Shown here: positions 1 through 10,169 of the stretch, piece after piece
How positions within the stretch are numbered: the stretch's first letter is position 1
Layout of the letters: each line of letters begins with the position of its first letter
Origin: an uncultured Ruminococcus sp.
GTDB taxonomy: Bacteria > Bacillota > Clostridia > Oscillospirales > CAG-272
Reading direction: 5' to 3'
Assembly: GCA_902785485.1 (NCBI GenBank)
Contig: CACZZA010000004.1
Span: forward strand, 1 to 62,322
Length of the DNA: 62,322 bases
Notes under the pieces: model-generated
What the model was told of the DNA's origin: nothing
What the model saw: only the letters and a program-made list of their open reading frames with translations
Databases searched by the model: none
Position numbers and translations under genes: made by a program

Positions 1-885
1 TTTGAGCTTTTCGTAAGCGGTGACGGTCTTGTCCTTGTCCGCCATCAGGGTAACTTCGGGATAGCCTTCCGCGTTGTTCGTCGTCGCGCGGATGCCGAAG
101 CCGTAGAGGAACATTCTCGGGTTGTGGTTTTCGGAGAGGGTGCCGTACTGGTCGAACTCGGTCATGCGTCCGTCGCCGTCCATATCCTTCGATACGCTCT
201 TGACCATCTTCGCCCAGTTGTCGACCGTCCATTCGTTGTTTTCGATCAGCTCGTAGGGAGAGGTCAGACCGTAGTCCGAGACTATCTTTTTGTTGAAGAA
301 TACGACGAACCCTATCGTGTGGATATTGAGCGCGCAGTTCGTGAAGTAGAGCTTGTCGCCGATGAGCAGTTCTTTGTTCGCGTTCTGGTCCCAGTAAGGC
401 TTCGAGAGGTCGAACTGAGGCACGCTCTTGAGGTCGTAGAGCAGGTTTTCCTGAGCCATTGTCGCGAGACGCGCGCAGGACGCCAGAATAACGTCGAAGT
501 CGGTCGAGCCGGACATTATCTGAGCGCGGGCGGAAGACAGGATATCGGAGACCTTCAACTGAGTTATAATGATGTTATACTTTTCTTCGAGGATCTGATT
601 GCGTTTGGTGACCGCGACGGGGAGAGGCTCCTCCGCCTCGTCTTCTTCCGCCACGATATAATGCGTATTGTAAGAACTTCCCTCGTTCGTGATGAACGTG
701 AACTCGTACCCACCGTAGTCGACGGCTTCGATCTTGGGATCGTCCTCGCTGTTGAGGTTTATCGTCTCGGCGTCCGGGTTCGTTTTGGGTCCTTCTTCGG
801 TATCGCCTCCGCAGGCGACGAGGACCGGCAGGATCATCAATCCCGCGAGGAGTAAGGTCAAAAGCTTTTTCACAGTGTTTTTCAT
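1..885 (-). CDS. extracellular solute-binding lipoprotein (CUT1/LplA-like), paralog 1; C-terminal part cut by the window edge
   Basis: Reverse-strand ATG at 885 gives MKNTVKKLLTLLLAGLMILPVLVAC (signal peptide plus lipobox Cys). The DNA is collinear with paralog 2 at an offset of 1489 bp; positions 1-60 versus 1490-1549 differ at 1 base. Confidence 0.8.
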   Translation of the reverse strand, partial: MKNTVKKLLTLLLAGLMILPVLVACGGDTEEGPKTNPDAETINLNSEDDPKIEAVDYGGYEFTFITNEGSSYNTHYIVAEEDEAEEPLPVAVTKRNQILEEKYNIIITQLKVSDILSSARAQIMSGSTDFDVILASCARLATMAQENLLYDLKSVPQFDLSKPYWDQNANKELLIGDKLYFTNCALNIHTIGFVVFFNKKIVSDYGLTSPYELIENNEWTVDNWAKMVKSVSKDMDGDGRMTEFDQYGTLSENHNPRMFLYGFGIRATTNNAEGYPEVTLMADKDKTVTAYEKLK

Positions 886-907
886 TGATTGTACCCCATA
901 GACAGAA

Positions 908-2374
908 TCAGTTGTTTTTAAAGTTTGAATACGTTTTTTCTATGCTTGCTTTGATGGCTTTTTCGTGTCTCGCGAAGTTTCTCGAGATCTCGTTCGTCGC
1001 GATGTCCACATCAAGCACTTCGGAGCGGATGTTGCCGAAGTTATAATACATTCCGACGTCGTAAACGCAGTTGTCGCGCAGGATGTAGAGGTATTTCCTC
1101 GACTCCTCGTCGCGGGTGTAGCGGCGCGCGAGCAGGGTGTCGAACCAGGTCGGGACGGTGATGAGAGACGAATAGTAGTTCATATCCTCGATGATGCGTC
1201 CGGTACGGTCGAGGTCTTCGACGACTGACGGCAGAGCAAACAGATTGCATTGGAACTGATACATCGTCTTGAACTCTTTTTGGTTAGAGTCGTACTTCGG
1301 GAACGGGACGATACCGAATTCGCTCTCCATATCGGCGAATTGCTGGACGCTTCCCTCGCCGGTGTAGTGGAACATATAGAGATCCTGCATGAAGAGGGAG
1401 CGCAGATAATTCCATTTGTGGGTGAATCCGTGCGGATCGACCGTGCTGTTCGTCATATCGTAGCAGACCGTGTTGTCGGAGAAGACGGCTTTGAGCTTTT
1501 CGTAAGCGGTGACGGTCTTGTCCTTGTCCGCCATCAGGGTGACTTCGGGATATCCGTCTTCGTTGTTCGTCGTCGCGCGGATCCCGAACGCGTAGAGGAA
1601 CATCCTCGGGTTGTGCCGTTCGGAGAGGGTGCCGTACTGATCCCATTCGGTCATACGTCCGTCTCCGTCCATATCCTTCGATACGCTCTTGACCATCTTC
1701 GCCCAGTTGTCGACCGTCCATTCATTGTTTTCGATCAGCTCGTAGGGAGAGGTCAGTCCGTAGTCGGAGACTATCTTTTTGTTGAAGAATACGACGAACC
1801 CTATCGTGTGGATATTGAGCGCGCAGTTCGTGAAGTAGAGCTTGTCGCCGATAAGCAGTTCTTTGTTCGCGTTCTGGTCCCAGTAGGATTTCGACAGATC
1901 GAACTGAGGCACGCTCTTGAGGTCGTAGAGCAGGTTTTCCTGCGCCATCGTCGCAAGACGGTTGCAGGATGCCAGGATCACGTCGAAGTCTGTCGATCCG
2001 GACATGATCTGCGCGCGGGCGGTGGAAAGTATATCAGAGGTGTTGAGTTGCGTTATCACCACGTTGTATTTCTCTTCGATTATCTGATTGCGTTTCGTTA
2101 TCGCGACGGGGAGCGGATCGGATTCTTCTTCCTCTTCCGCCACGATATAGCCTGTGTTGTACGCGGTGCCTTCGTTCGTAAGAAATGTAAACTCGTACCC
2201 ATCGTAGTCGACAGCTTCGATCTTGGGATCTTCTTCGCTCTGTATCGCGACGGTTTCCGCGTCGGGATTGACGGACGGACCTTCGGCAGCGCCGTTCCCG
2301 CAGGCGACGAAAACGGGCAAGACGGTCAACCCCGCGAGGATAAAGGCGAAGAATTTTTTCGTACAGGTTTTCAT
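908..2374 (-). CDS. extracellular solute-binding lipoprotein (CUT1/LplA-like), paralog 2
   Basis: ORF 908..2416, trimmed to the ATG at 2374, which is preceded by GGAGGTG. N-terminus MKTCTKKFFAFILAGLTVLPVFVAC is a lipoprotein signal. About 490 aa, with the general look of sugar-ABC binding proteins. Confidence 0.8.
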   Translation of the reverse strand: MKTCTKKFFAFILAGLTVLPVFVACGNGAAEGPSVNPDAETVAIQSEEDPKIEAVDYDGYEFTFLTNEGTAYNTGYIVAEEEEESDPLPVAITKRNQIIEEKYNVVITQLNTSDILSTARAQIMSGSTDFDVILASCNRLATMAQENLLYDLKSVPQFDLSKSYWDQNANKELLIGDKLYFTNCALNIHTIGFVVFFNKKIVSDYGLTSPYELIENNEWTVDNWAKMVKSVSKDMDGDGRMTEWDQYGTLSERHNPRMFLYAFGIRATTNNEDGYPEVTLMADKDKTVTAYEKLKAVFSDNTVCYDMTNSTVDPHGFTHKWNYLRSLFMQDLYMFHYTGEGSVQQFADMESEFGIVPFPKYDSNQKEFKTMYQFQCNLFALPSVVEDLDRTGRIIEDMNYYSSLITVPTWFDTLLARRYTRDEESRKYLYILRDNCVYDVGMYYNFGNIRSEVLDVDIATNEISRNFARHEKAIKASIEKTYSNFKNN

Positions 2375-2530
2375 ATCGCACCTCCGAATCTTGATTATGT
2401 GTAAACATTTTATCATAAATGTGTTAACATTTCAAGTCTTTTTATATAAAATACACAAATATTTCCGGAAAGAAACCGGCGCCGGACCGCAAAATGCACC
2501 GAGCCGGTCTCTTTGCGTGCGGGACGGACC

Positions 2531-2566
2531 GAAAAAAGGGGTCTTCGGCGCGGAAGATCCCTTTTT
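2531..2566 (-). terminator. intrinsic terminator downstream of paralog 3
   Basis: GC hairpin GGGGTCTTC/GAAGATCCCC flanked by an A-run and a T-run, so it has a U-tract on the minus strand. Confidence 0.6.
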
Positions 2567-2584
2567 GTCACTGTTATGCGTCCG

Positions 2585-4075
2585 TCAGTTGAGTTCGAAC
2601 GATTTGTAGGTCTTGTCTATATCGGCTTTTGTGGCTTTCTCCACTCTTGCGTAACTGCGCGAAATATTCGCTGTCGTGATGTCGACGTCAAGCACGCTCG
2701 TGCGGATGCTGCCGAAGTCGTAGTAGAGACCTATGTCGTACACGCAGTTGTCGCGCAGCAGGCGCAGATACCTTTCGGATTCCTCGTCGCGGGTGTAGCG
2801 GCGGGTCAGCAGAGTCTCGAACCACGTGGGAAGCGTGATCGTCGAGGAGTAGAAGTTCATATCCTCGATGATGCGTCCGGTGCGGTCGACGTCCTCGATG
2901 ACGGACGGAAGGGCGAACAGGTTGGTGTTGACCTGGTACATCGTAAGATAGTCTTTCTGGTTGGAATCGTATTTCGGGAACGGGATGACTCCGAATTCGC
3001 TCTCCATATCGGCGAACTGCGTGATGCAGTCGTCGCTCGTGTAGTGGAACATATACAGATCCTGCGTGAACAGCGAACGCAGATAGTCCCACTTGTGGGG
3101 GAAGCCGTGCGGGTCGACTGAGCTTGAAGTCATATTGTAGCAGACGTTGGCGTCGGAGAACACCGCTTTGAGTTTTTCGTAGGCGGTGACGGTCTTGTCC
3201 TTGTCCGCCATCAGAGTAGGCTCGGGATAGCCGTTTTCGTTGTTGGTCGTCGCGCGGATGCCGAACGCGTAGAGGAACATCCTCGGGTTATGATTTTCGG
3301 TCAGCGTGCCGTACTGGTCGATCTCGGTCATACGTCCGTCGCCGTTCATATCTTTGGAAACGCTCTTTACCATTTCCGCCCATTTGTCGACGGTCCACTC
3401 GTTGTTCTCGATGAGGTCGTACGGGGATTCAAGTCCGTAATCGGAGACGATCTTTTTGTTGAAGAATACGACGAATCCGAGCGCGTGGATGTTGAGCGCG
3501 TTGTTGGTGAAATAAAGCTTGTCGCCGATCAGCAGTTCGGAATTCGCGTTCTGGTCCCAGTAGGGCTTCGAGAGGTCGAACCTCGGTACGTCGCGCAGAT
3601 TGTACAGCAGGTTTTCTTTCGCCATCGTCGCGAGAGTCGAGCACGACGCCAGTATGACGTCGAAGTCGGTCGAGCCGGACATTATCTGGGCGCGCGCGGT
3701 CGAAAGCAGGTCTGACGTGCGGAACTGCGTTATGGTTATGTTGTATTTTTCTTCGAGTATGTTGTTTCGTCTGATCAACGCCGACGGAAGAGGAGCTTCT
3801 TCCTGCCCTTCCTCCGCTACGATATAACGGGTGTTGTAGTCGTTGCCCTCTCTCGTGAGGAAGGTGAATTCGTATCCGCCGTAATCGACAGCTTCGATAT
3901 GCGGATCGTCGTCGAGCAGCGCCGGGTCGAACGCCGTTTCTCCGTCTTCGAGAGTTTCGATCCCGGTAACGCCCTTCGTCTCTTCCGCGTCCGATCCTCC
4001 GCACGAAGCGAGAGTGAACGCGAACGCTGTCAGAACGAAACAGAACGCCAGGATAAGTGACAGGGTCTTTCTCAT
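2585..4075 (-). CDS. extracellular solute-binding lipoprotein (CUT1/LplA-like), paralog 3 (more divergent)
   Basis: ORF 2585..4201, trimmed to the ATG at 4075 (RBS AAAGGAG). MRKTLSLILAFCFVLTAFAFTLASC is a lipoprotein signal. Collinear at the protein level with paralogs 1 and 2. Confidence 0.8.
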   Translation of the reverse strand: MRKTLSLILAFCFVLTAFAFTLASCGGSDAEETKGVTGIETLEDGETAFDPALLDDDPHIEAVDYGGYEFTFLTREGNDYNTRYIVAEEGQEEAPLPSALIRRNNILEEKYNITITQFRTSDLLSTARAQIMSGSTDFDVILASCSTLATMAKENLLYNLRDVPRFDLSKPYWDQNANSELLIGDKLYFTNNALNIHALGFVVFFNKKIVSDYGLESPYDLIENNEWTVDKWAEMVKSVSKDMNGDGRMTEIDQYGTLTENHNPRMFLYAFGIRATTNNENGYPEPTLMADKDKTVTAYEKLKAVFSDANVCYNMTSSSVDPHGFPHKWDYLRSLFTQDLYMFHYTSDDCITQFADMESEFGVIPFPKYDSNQKDYLTMYQVNTNLFALPSVIEDVDRTGRIIEDMNFYSSTITLPTWFETLLTRRYTRDEESERYLRLLRDNCVYDIGLYYDFGSIRTSVLDVDITTANISRSYARVEKATKADIDKTYKSFELN

Positions 4076-4348
4076 GTTTTCTCCTTTGATGCGCGTAACG
4101 CGCGGCAGGGTGTGGTCTTTCGGTATTGAAATATTACCATCAAGACGCGCTTTTGTCAAGGAAGAGAGTGCGGTTCCGTGATAAAAAAGCGGTTTTTGCA
4201 TTTTTTCAATGTAAATTGCTCCGTTTTTCTTGACAAAGCGGGAAAAATGATTTATTATTATTTTAATATGGGTTAGTATCGTTGATAATAATTCATCAAT
4301 AAGTTTTTCTCAGATATGACATCGCAATAATTGATAAGGAGGTGCTGT

Positions 4349-5890
4349 ATGGAATATTTGATTTACGTATTCTGCGCTTTGGCCGGGATCCTCATCGGCT
4401 TCTTCGTAGGTTTTCTGATCCGCAAGAAGATCGCCGAGGCTAAGATCGGAAGCGCCGAAGAAGAAGCAAAGAAACTGGTCGAAGAGGCAAAGACTCAGGC
4501 TGAGACTCAGAAAAAAGAAGTCCTGCTTGAGGCAAAAGAAGAAAGCCTTCGTCTTAAAAACGAGCTTGAACGTGAGATAAAAGACAGACGCAACGAGGTT
4601 TCGAGACTCGAGCGGCGCGCCGCGTCGAGAGAAGAAGCGCTCGAACGCAAGATGGATCAGCTTGAAAAGAAGGACGAGACCTTAAACCGCAAGATCAAAG
4701 AAAACGACGAACTGAAAGTCAAACTCGAAGAGATACGCGAGCAGGAGTTCAAAAAACTCGAAGAGATCGCCGGGATCACCGCGGCGGAAGCCAAGAAGGA
4801 GCTTGTCCAGCGCATTGAGGACGAGGTCAAACACGAAGCCGCCCAGAAGATCATGGAGATCGAGGCTCAGCTCAAGGAAGAAGCCGACGAGAAAGCGAAA
4901 AACATCATCTCGCTCGCTATCCAGCGCTGCGCCGCGGACCACGTTTTCGAGACCACCGTATCCGTTGTTCCTCTGCCTAACGACGACATGAAGGGACGCA
5001 TCATCGGCCGCGAGGGCCGCAACATCCGCGCTATTGAAACGCTGACGGGCGTCGATCTCATCATCGACGACACTCCCGAGGCGATCACCCTTTCGGGATT
5101 CGATCCCATACGCCGCGAGGTCGCCCGCATAGCGCTTGAAAAGCTCATTTCCGACGGACGCATACATCCCGCCCGCATCGAAGAAATGGTCGAAAAGGCG
5201 CGCAAGGAAGTCGACAACTCCATCAAACAGGCGGGCGAAAAGGCGATATTCGAGACCGGCGTACACGGGATCAACAACGAACTCGTCAAGCTGCTCGGAC
5301 GTCTTAAATACCGCACGAGCTACGGTCAGAACGTACTCCGTCATTCCATCGAGGTCTCTCTCCTCTCCGGCATGATCGCCGATGAGATCGGCGCCGACGC
5401 GACTCTCGCGAAGAGAGCGGGCCTGCTCCACGACATCGGTAAGGTGCTGACTCAGGAGGTCGAGGGATCGCACGTACAGATAGGCGTCGACCTTGCGAAG
5501 AAATATAAGGAGAGCAAGGACGTTATCCACGCTATCGAGGCTCACCACAACGACGTGGAGCCGAGAACGGTCGTCGCTATGATAGTCCAGGCGGCTGACG
5601 CCATTTCGGCAGCCCGTCCCGGCGCAAGGCGCGAAGATCTCGAGAACTACATCAAGCGTCTGCAGAAGCTCGAAGAGATCGCAAACTCGTTCCCAGGAGT
5701 CGAAAAATCCTATGCTATCCAGGCGGGACGCGAAGTCCGCATCATGGTCAAACCGAACGAAGTCAACGACGAGCAGATGGTGCTTATCGCCCGCGACATC
5801 GTCAAGAAGATCGAGGAAAACCTCGAATATCCCGGTCAGATCAAGATAAACGTTATACGCGAAAGCCGCGCGACCGATTACGCGAAGTGA
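4349..5890 (+). CDS. rny: ribonuclease Y
   Basis: N-terminal TM helix and a Lys/Glu-rich coiled coil. KH motif [15 protein letters not shown] domain (LLHDIGK, EAHH). AAGGAGG RBS 6 nt before the ATG at 4349. Confidence 0.95.
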   Translation: MEYLIYVFCALAGILIGFFVGFLIRKKIAEAKIGSAEEEAKKLVEEAKTQAETQKKEVLLEAKEESLRLKNELEREIKDRRNEVSRLERRAASREEALERKMDQLEKKDETLNRKIKENDELKVKLEEIREQEFKKLEEIAGITAAEAKKELVQRIEDEVKHEAAQKIMEIEAQLKEEADEKAKNIISLAIQRCAADHVFETTVSVVPLPNDDMKGRIIGREGRNIRAIETLTGVDLIIDDTPEAITLSGFDPIRREVARIALEKLISDGRIHPARIEEMVEKARKEVDNSIKQAGEKAIFETGVHGINNELVKLLGRLKYRTSYGQNVLRHSIEVSLLSGMIADEIGADATLAKRAGLLHDIGKVLTQEVEGSHVQIGVDLAKKYKESKDVIHAIEAHHNDVEPRTVVAMIVQAADAISAARPGARREDLENYIKRLQKLEEIANSFPGVEKSYAIQAGREVRIMVKPNEVNDEQMVLIARDIVKKIEENLEYPGQIKINVIRESRATDYAK

Positions 5891-5982
5891 TCGGCTGACG
5901 GTTTACATATAAATATTTATATAGAACTCTAACCGAAACAAGGACGAAACGTCTTGATATATATTTATATGAAGCAAAACCG

Positions 5983-6026
5983 CACGGTCCGTTTAAGAAA
6001 CAAAAAACGGACCGTGTATCTTTTTT
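5983..6026 (+). terminator. intrinsic terminator/attenuator between rny and ymdB
   Basis: CACGGTCCG...CGGACCGTG stem followed by TCTTTTTT. Confidence 0.6.
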
Positions 6027-6039
6027 CCGGAGGCAGAAA

Positions 6040-6816
6040 ATGAAAATACTCGCTTTGGGCGATATTGTAGGAAAGAGCGGAGTCGACGCTCTGTGCGCGA
6101 CGCTGTGGGAAATTCGCAGGGAAAACGGGATAGACTTCGTTACAGCCAACTGCGAAAACGCGGCGGAGGGCAACGGGGTCGACAAGGCGTCCGCCGAACG
6201 CCTGCTCGCGTCGGGATGCGACGTATTGACCTCGGGCAACCACGTATGGAAACGAAACGATATATATTCGTTCCTCGACGACTCTCCGTATATCGTCCGT
6301 CCGATGAACTATCCTTCCGACGCGCCCGGCAAGGGATGGACGGTGGTCGACGCGCGCGGGATACGCGTCCTTGTTATGAACGTACAGGGGACTGTGTATA
6401 TGGAAAGCCTCGACGACCCGTTCCGCGCAGTCGAGAGGACGCTCGAACGCGAAAAGGGCGGATACGACGTCGCCGTTCTCGACGTCCACGCGGAGGCTAC
6501 GTCCGAAAAAGCGGCGCTGGCTCGGTGCTTCGACGGAAAAATAACATTCGTCTTCGGCACGCATACACACGTGCAGACTGCCGACGAGCGGATACTCCCA
6601 AACGGGAGCGCGTTTATCACCGATCTCGGTATGTGCGGTCCCGACGACTCGATACTCGGAGTAAAGTGCGACAACGTGATACGCAAGCTCAGAAGCAAGC
6701 TCCCCGTGAGATTTGAACCCGCCCCGGGCAAGGTCACTCTGCACGGAGCCGTGGTGACGCTCGGGCACAAAGGCGGTGTTTACCCGGTCGAAAAGATCGA
6801 AAGATTTGTAAAATAA
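6040..6816 (+). CDS. ymdB: YmdB-like metallophosphoesterase (2',3'-cyclic-nucleotide phosphodiesterase family)
   Basis: MKILALGDIVG...NCENAAEGNG...GNH...GTHTHVQT metallophosphoesterase motifs. Conserved position directly after rny. Confidence 0.9.
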   Translation: MKILALGDIVGKSGVDALCATLWEIRRENGIDFVTANCENAAEGNGVDKASAERLLASGCDVLTSGNHVWKRNDIYSFLDDSPYIVRPMNYPSDAPGKGWTVVDARGIRVLVMNVQGTVYMESLDDPFRAVERTLEREKGGYDVAVLDVHAEATSEKAALARCFDGKITFVFGTHTHVQTADERILPNGSAFITDLGMCGPDDSILGVKCDNVIRKLRSKLPVRFEPAPGKVTLHGAVVTLGHKGGVYPVEKIERFVK

Positions 6817-6821
6817 AAAAG

Positions 6822-6871
6822 CAGACCGTTCTTCGCGTTGCATCCCGCCGCGAAAAGAACGGTCTGTTTTT
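6822..6871 (+). terminator. intrinsic terminator after ymdB
   Basis: CAGACCGTTCTTCGCG...CGCGAAAAGAACGGTCTG stem followed by TTTTT. Confidence 0.7.
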
Positions 6872-6990
6872 ATCAGTCGTTCATATCCGGTCTGACCTCG
6901 TAAAGTATGAAATAATCAGAAGATCGCAGTTTTCGATATAGTAAAAAAACACGCTTTGCAACATTTTTTTAAGAAAATCGCAAAAAAGTA

Positions 6991-7019
6991 TTGCAAAATG
7001 ATCCGGGATAGGGTATAAT
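6991..7019 (+). promoter_or_regulatory. sigma-70-type promoter upstream of spoVS
   Basis: TTGCAA, 17 nt spacer, TATAAT. Confidence 0.5.
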
Positions 7020-7081
7020 ACAAAGCGTATTGTCGGCAAAAACGCTTCGCCGACCGAATCTTCTCGGAAGGAATTACTGTT

Positions 7082-7342
7082 ATGGAAATACTCAAAGTAT
7101 CGTCAAAATCGAGTCCGAGCCTTGTCGCCGGCGCTCTTGCCGGTGTTATCACCGATAAGGGACAGGCGGAGCTTCAGGCGGTCGGAGCCGGAGCGGTCAA
7201 TCAGGCTGTCAAGGCGATAGCGATCTCGCGCGGTTTTCTCGCTCCCTCGGGAGTCGAATTGTACTGCGTCCCGTCTTTTTCCGAAGTCGAGATCGACGGA
7301 GAGACACGTACCGCGATAAAACTGCTCGTACAGACGAAATGA
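7082..7342 (+). CDS. spoVS: stage V sporulation protein S
   Basis: 86 aa. MEILKVSSKSSPSLVAGALAGV...AVGAGAVNQAVKAIAISRGF matches the highly conserved SpoVS sequence. Confidence 0.95.
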   Translation: MEILKVSSKSSPSLVAGALAGVITDKGQAELQAVGAGAVNQAVKAIAISRGFLAPSGVELYCVPSFSEVEIDGETRTAIKLLVQTK

Positions 7343-7353
7343 TAATTAAATAA

Positions 7354-7401
7354 AGACGCCGCGGGAGGGCTTTTACAAAAGTCCTCCCGCGGTCTTTTTT
7401 T
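7354..7401. terminator. bidirectional terminator between spoVS and spoIIE
   Basis: GC-rich hairpin CGCGGGAGG.../...CCTCCCGCG with an A-run on one side and a T-run on the other. It lies between convergent genes. Confidence 0.7.
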
Positions 7402-9808
7402 ATGCTTCTTTTTCCAACTCCTCCTCGCTTTTCAGTTCCGGTCTGCGTATGAGGGAGGCGCGGATGACTCCGACCGATACGTCGTCGTCGCGTCCGCTCC
7501 TTTCCTTAGCGCAGGTAAGTATGTCGTCCGCCAGAGTCTGAAGGTCGCGCGAGCGGTATGACGCCAAAATTTCACACAGCTTTGCGCTGTCGGCTTGCGT
7601 CTGGACCGCTCCGTCGCTGACCATGACTATAACGTCGCCGTCCTTTATTTCAAACTTCACCTCCTCCGCGTTTACTTTTTTTACGATGCCGAACGGGGTC
7701 GTGTTCGAGGTTATCTTGAAGATGCGGTCGCCCCTCAGAACGTAGGACGACGCGGCTCCGCCCTTGATGAACGACGCTTTGCCGTTCATGAGGTCGAACT
7801 CGAACAGGTCGACCGTCGCGAAGCATTCCGTGTTTTTGCTCCGCAAAAAGTTGTTCAGCATCTCGAGCGCGACCGGTTTTGAGTTGCCCGCCTCGAGCAT
7901 CCTGCGTAAGAACACTCCGCAGAGACGCGAGGTCAGCGCCGCCTCGCTTCCGCTCCCCATCCCGTCGCTTATCAGCGAATAAAAGTAGTTTTCTCCGGTG
8001 TCGAACATACAGATACAGTCTCCGCTGAACTTCTCGCCGTCTTTTTCTTTGTTTGCGGAGGCGTATTCCGCGCAGAAGCGCTTCGCTCTTGTCAGGGACA
8101 TACTGACTTCGTCTCCGTCGACCTCGAATTCCGGCGGATCAAGCTCGATCCCGAGCAGTTTTTCATAAGCGGAGCGCACCTCGTTCGCCGACGCTCTGAC
8201 TTTGCCGAGGTCTATCCCTCCGACGATGACCGATGTTCTTCTTTTTCCGTAGACCGATACGCTTTTAGCGTACAGACCGAGATAACGCGACGCCTCGGTC
8301 AGTTTTTTCGTTTTCGCCTCGTCTACTGTGTATTCGGAGGAGTGGCGCAGGGTCGCTTCTTTGAGCAGATGTCCCATCGCCTCGTAGTCGAGAGCGACGG
8401 TCTCCGCCTTGTTTTGTTTGATAAGGTCTTCGAGCAGCCGTCCGTGCAGCTCGTTTATCCTTTCTATCAGCTTGTCCATTTTCCGACAGCGGTTTTTCAT
8501 GTATCCCGCGACGTCGTCTAAGGACGCAGAGCCGTTTTCGACGACTCCCCGCGCGATCTTGCGGAAAACGTCCGAGGTCGACGAGTATTCTTTTTTCCAG
8601 CAGACCGAATGAAGAGCGCATTTGGGGCAGAACTCGTCGCAGACCTTGTCGCAAAGCTCGGACGCGTCGACCGAGTTCACGCGCGATTGCTTGTCGGAGA
8701 GGGTAAAAAAGGTCTTTGACAGCTCACCGAACGCCTCCGAAAGGGTTTCGAGCCGCCGTTTTGCCGCCTCTTCCCGCTTTTCGGCTACGACGTCGCGCCT
8801 CGCCTCTTCGGGATCCGCGGTCTTGAATATCTTTATCTTTTCCGGAAGTGAAGTCGCGCATATCGACGAATAGACGACGATCCCGCCGATCAGCTCGGGA
8901 AGGAATTCCCTCGCGGCGGAAACGCCTCCGACGTAGAACGAACAGACCGTTCCGAACAGCGCGGCGACCGAGAAGGCGGCGGCGTTGCCCGCTCTTTTGA
9001 AAATCGCGTAGGCTATCCCGATCAGAGCGACGGCGGGAGAATAAGCTATCCCCGACGCCATCCCGCAGACGATCCCGTAGACTCCTCCGCGCAGGACCCC
9101 GCCCTTGCCCGCCGCGAAAAGAGTTATGATCATCGCGGCAAATTTAGAAAGAGAGAAGCCGAATACCGTTATCCCGTCGAGGGCGAACACGCTGAGGAAT
9201 ATCACGCCGAGCAGCGCAAGCTCGCCCTTTTCGGTAAGCGCGTTACGCTTGTCGAAAGCGTATGAAAAAAGCAAAAGAGAAAGGGGAGCTATCATTATTT
9301 CAGCCGCCGCTCCGAGCGTGTCGTACAGCAGAAATCCCGTGACGGACGCGCGGTAAGCCGCTATGAGGAGCGCGGAGGCAAAGACCTCGATCGCCCTTAT
9401 CTTCAACGGCTCCGAGAAAAGAGCGAACGTCTTTTTTTCCATTCCGAACGTCCGGTAGACGAGGATCCTGCCTAAGAAAAGGGCGGTATAGATAAGCGTC
9501 AGCGGGAGCGCCATACCGTAAGGATCCGTCACCGCTCCGAGCAGAAGTCCCGCGAACGACCACGGCGCGAAGCTTTTCAGCGAACACATGAACGCGTACC
9601 CGAGCGGTATCGACGAGAACGCGACGTTCGAGTGTGAATATATAAAGGTCAGGAGCGCGAGAGACGCGCCTTTTGCAAAGTAAACGAGCGTTTCGCGCAG
9701 TCGCTCGTCGGGGATCGCCGCCCGTCCCTCCTCTCTGACGAAATAATTGCCTAAGTATCTGCGGAAAATATCTCCCGCTTTTTCTTTTCCCGTCTTTTTG
9801 ACGTCCAT
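7400..9808 (-). CDS. spoIIE: stage II sporulation protein E (membrane PP2C phosphatase)
   Basis: 802 aa. Polytopic hydrophobic N-terminal third. C-terminal PP2C/SpoIIE motifs (GDCICMF...SDGMGSG...DGDVIVMVSDG). Confidence 0.9.
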   Translation of the reverse strand: MDVKKTGKEKAGDIFRRYLGNYFVREEGRAAIPDERLRETLVYFAKGASLALLTFIYSHSNVAFSSIPLGYAFMCSLKSFAPWSFAGLLLGAVTDPYGMALPLTLIYTALFLGRILVYRTFGMEKKTFALFSEPLKIRAIEVFASALLIAAYRASVTGFLLYDTLGAAAEIMIAPLSLLLFSYAFDKRNALTEKGELALLGVIFLSVFALDGITVFGFSLSKFAAMIITLFAAGKGGVLRGGVYGIVCGMASGIAYSPAVALIGIAYAIFKRAGNAAAFSVAALFGTVCSFYVGGVSAAREFLPELIGGIVVYSSICATSLPEKIKIFKTADPEEARRDVVAEKREEAAKRRLETLSEAFGELSKTFFTLSDKQSRVNSVDASELCDKVCDEFCPKCALHSVCWKKEYSSTSDVFRKIARGVVENGSASLDDVAGYMKNRCRKMDKLIERINELHGRLLEDLIKQNKAETVALDYEAMGHLLKEATLRHSSEYTVDEAKTKKLTEASRYLGLYAKSVSVYGKRRTSVIVGGIDLGKVRASANEVRSAYEKLLGIELDPPEFEVDGDEVSMSLTRAKRFCAEYASANKEKDGEKFSGDCICMFDTGENYFYSLISDGMGSGSEAALTSRLCGVFLRRMLEAGNSKPVALEMLNNFLRSKNTECFATVDLFEFDLMNGKASFIKGGAASSYVLRGDRIFKITSNTTPFGIVKKVNAEEVKFEIKDGDVIVMVSDGAVQTQADSAKLCEILASYRSRDLQTLADDILTCAKERSGRDDDVSVGVIRASLIRRPELKSEEELEKEA

Positions 9809-10169
9809 TTCATTCCTTTCCGCCGGAAAACCGCGTTTCCGGCTTTTTTTGTTGAAGTGACGCCATTATACCCCGGGTGATAAAAAAACTTTGTCTGCTT
9901 TTAGGGAGAAAAAATGTTCTTTTTTTGTTTGCTTATGCCGTAAAAGAAAAAACACCCTTTTTTCGCGCGAAAAAAACGGAGATATTTTTGTTTTGCCCGG
10001 ACCTTGCGTCGGTTTTTCACGTACGGTTTTTCCGATGGCGTACGTCTTTGCCGCGGAATAAACTGAGAAAGGGAAAATTTTTTTCGTCCCGGACGTTTAA
10101 GTTCCGCCCCCGAATGACAGAATAAGAGCGGAAGACAAAATGAAAACGAGAGAAAAGGGAGTTGAAAAA

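Noticed and set aside
5901-5970. AT-rich palindromes (TATAAATATTTATA and neighbouring TATATATTTATAT) between rny and ymdB, considered as a possible operator or repeat element.
   Set aside because: They are short, low-complexity AT palindromes with no second copy elsewhere in the window, which is insufficient evidence for a specific function.
9877-10125. 82-aa ORF upstream of mazF, considered as a possible MazE-like antitoxin.
   Set aside because: It has no Shine-Dalgarno sequence. The peptide is Phe/Arg/Lys-rich and derives from homopolymer A/T runs. It has no RHH or AbrB-like pattern and is neither overlapping nor closely coupled with mazF.
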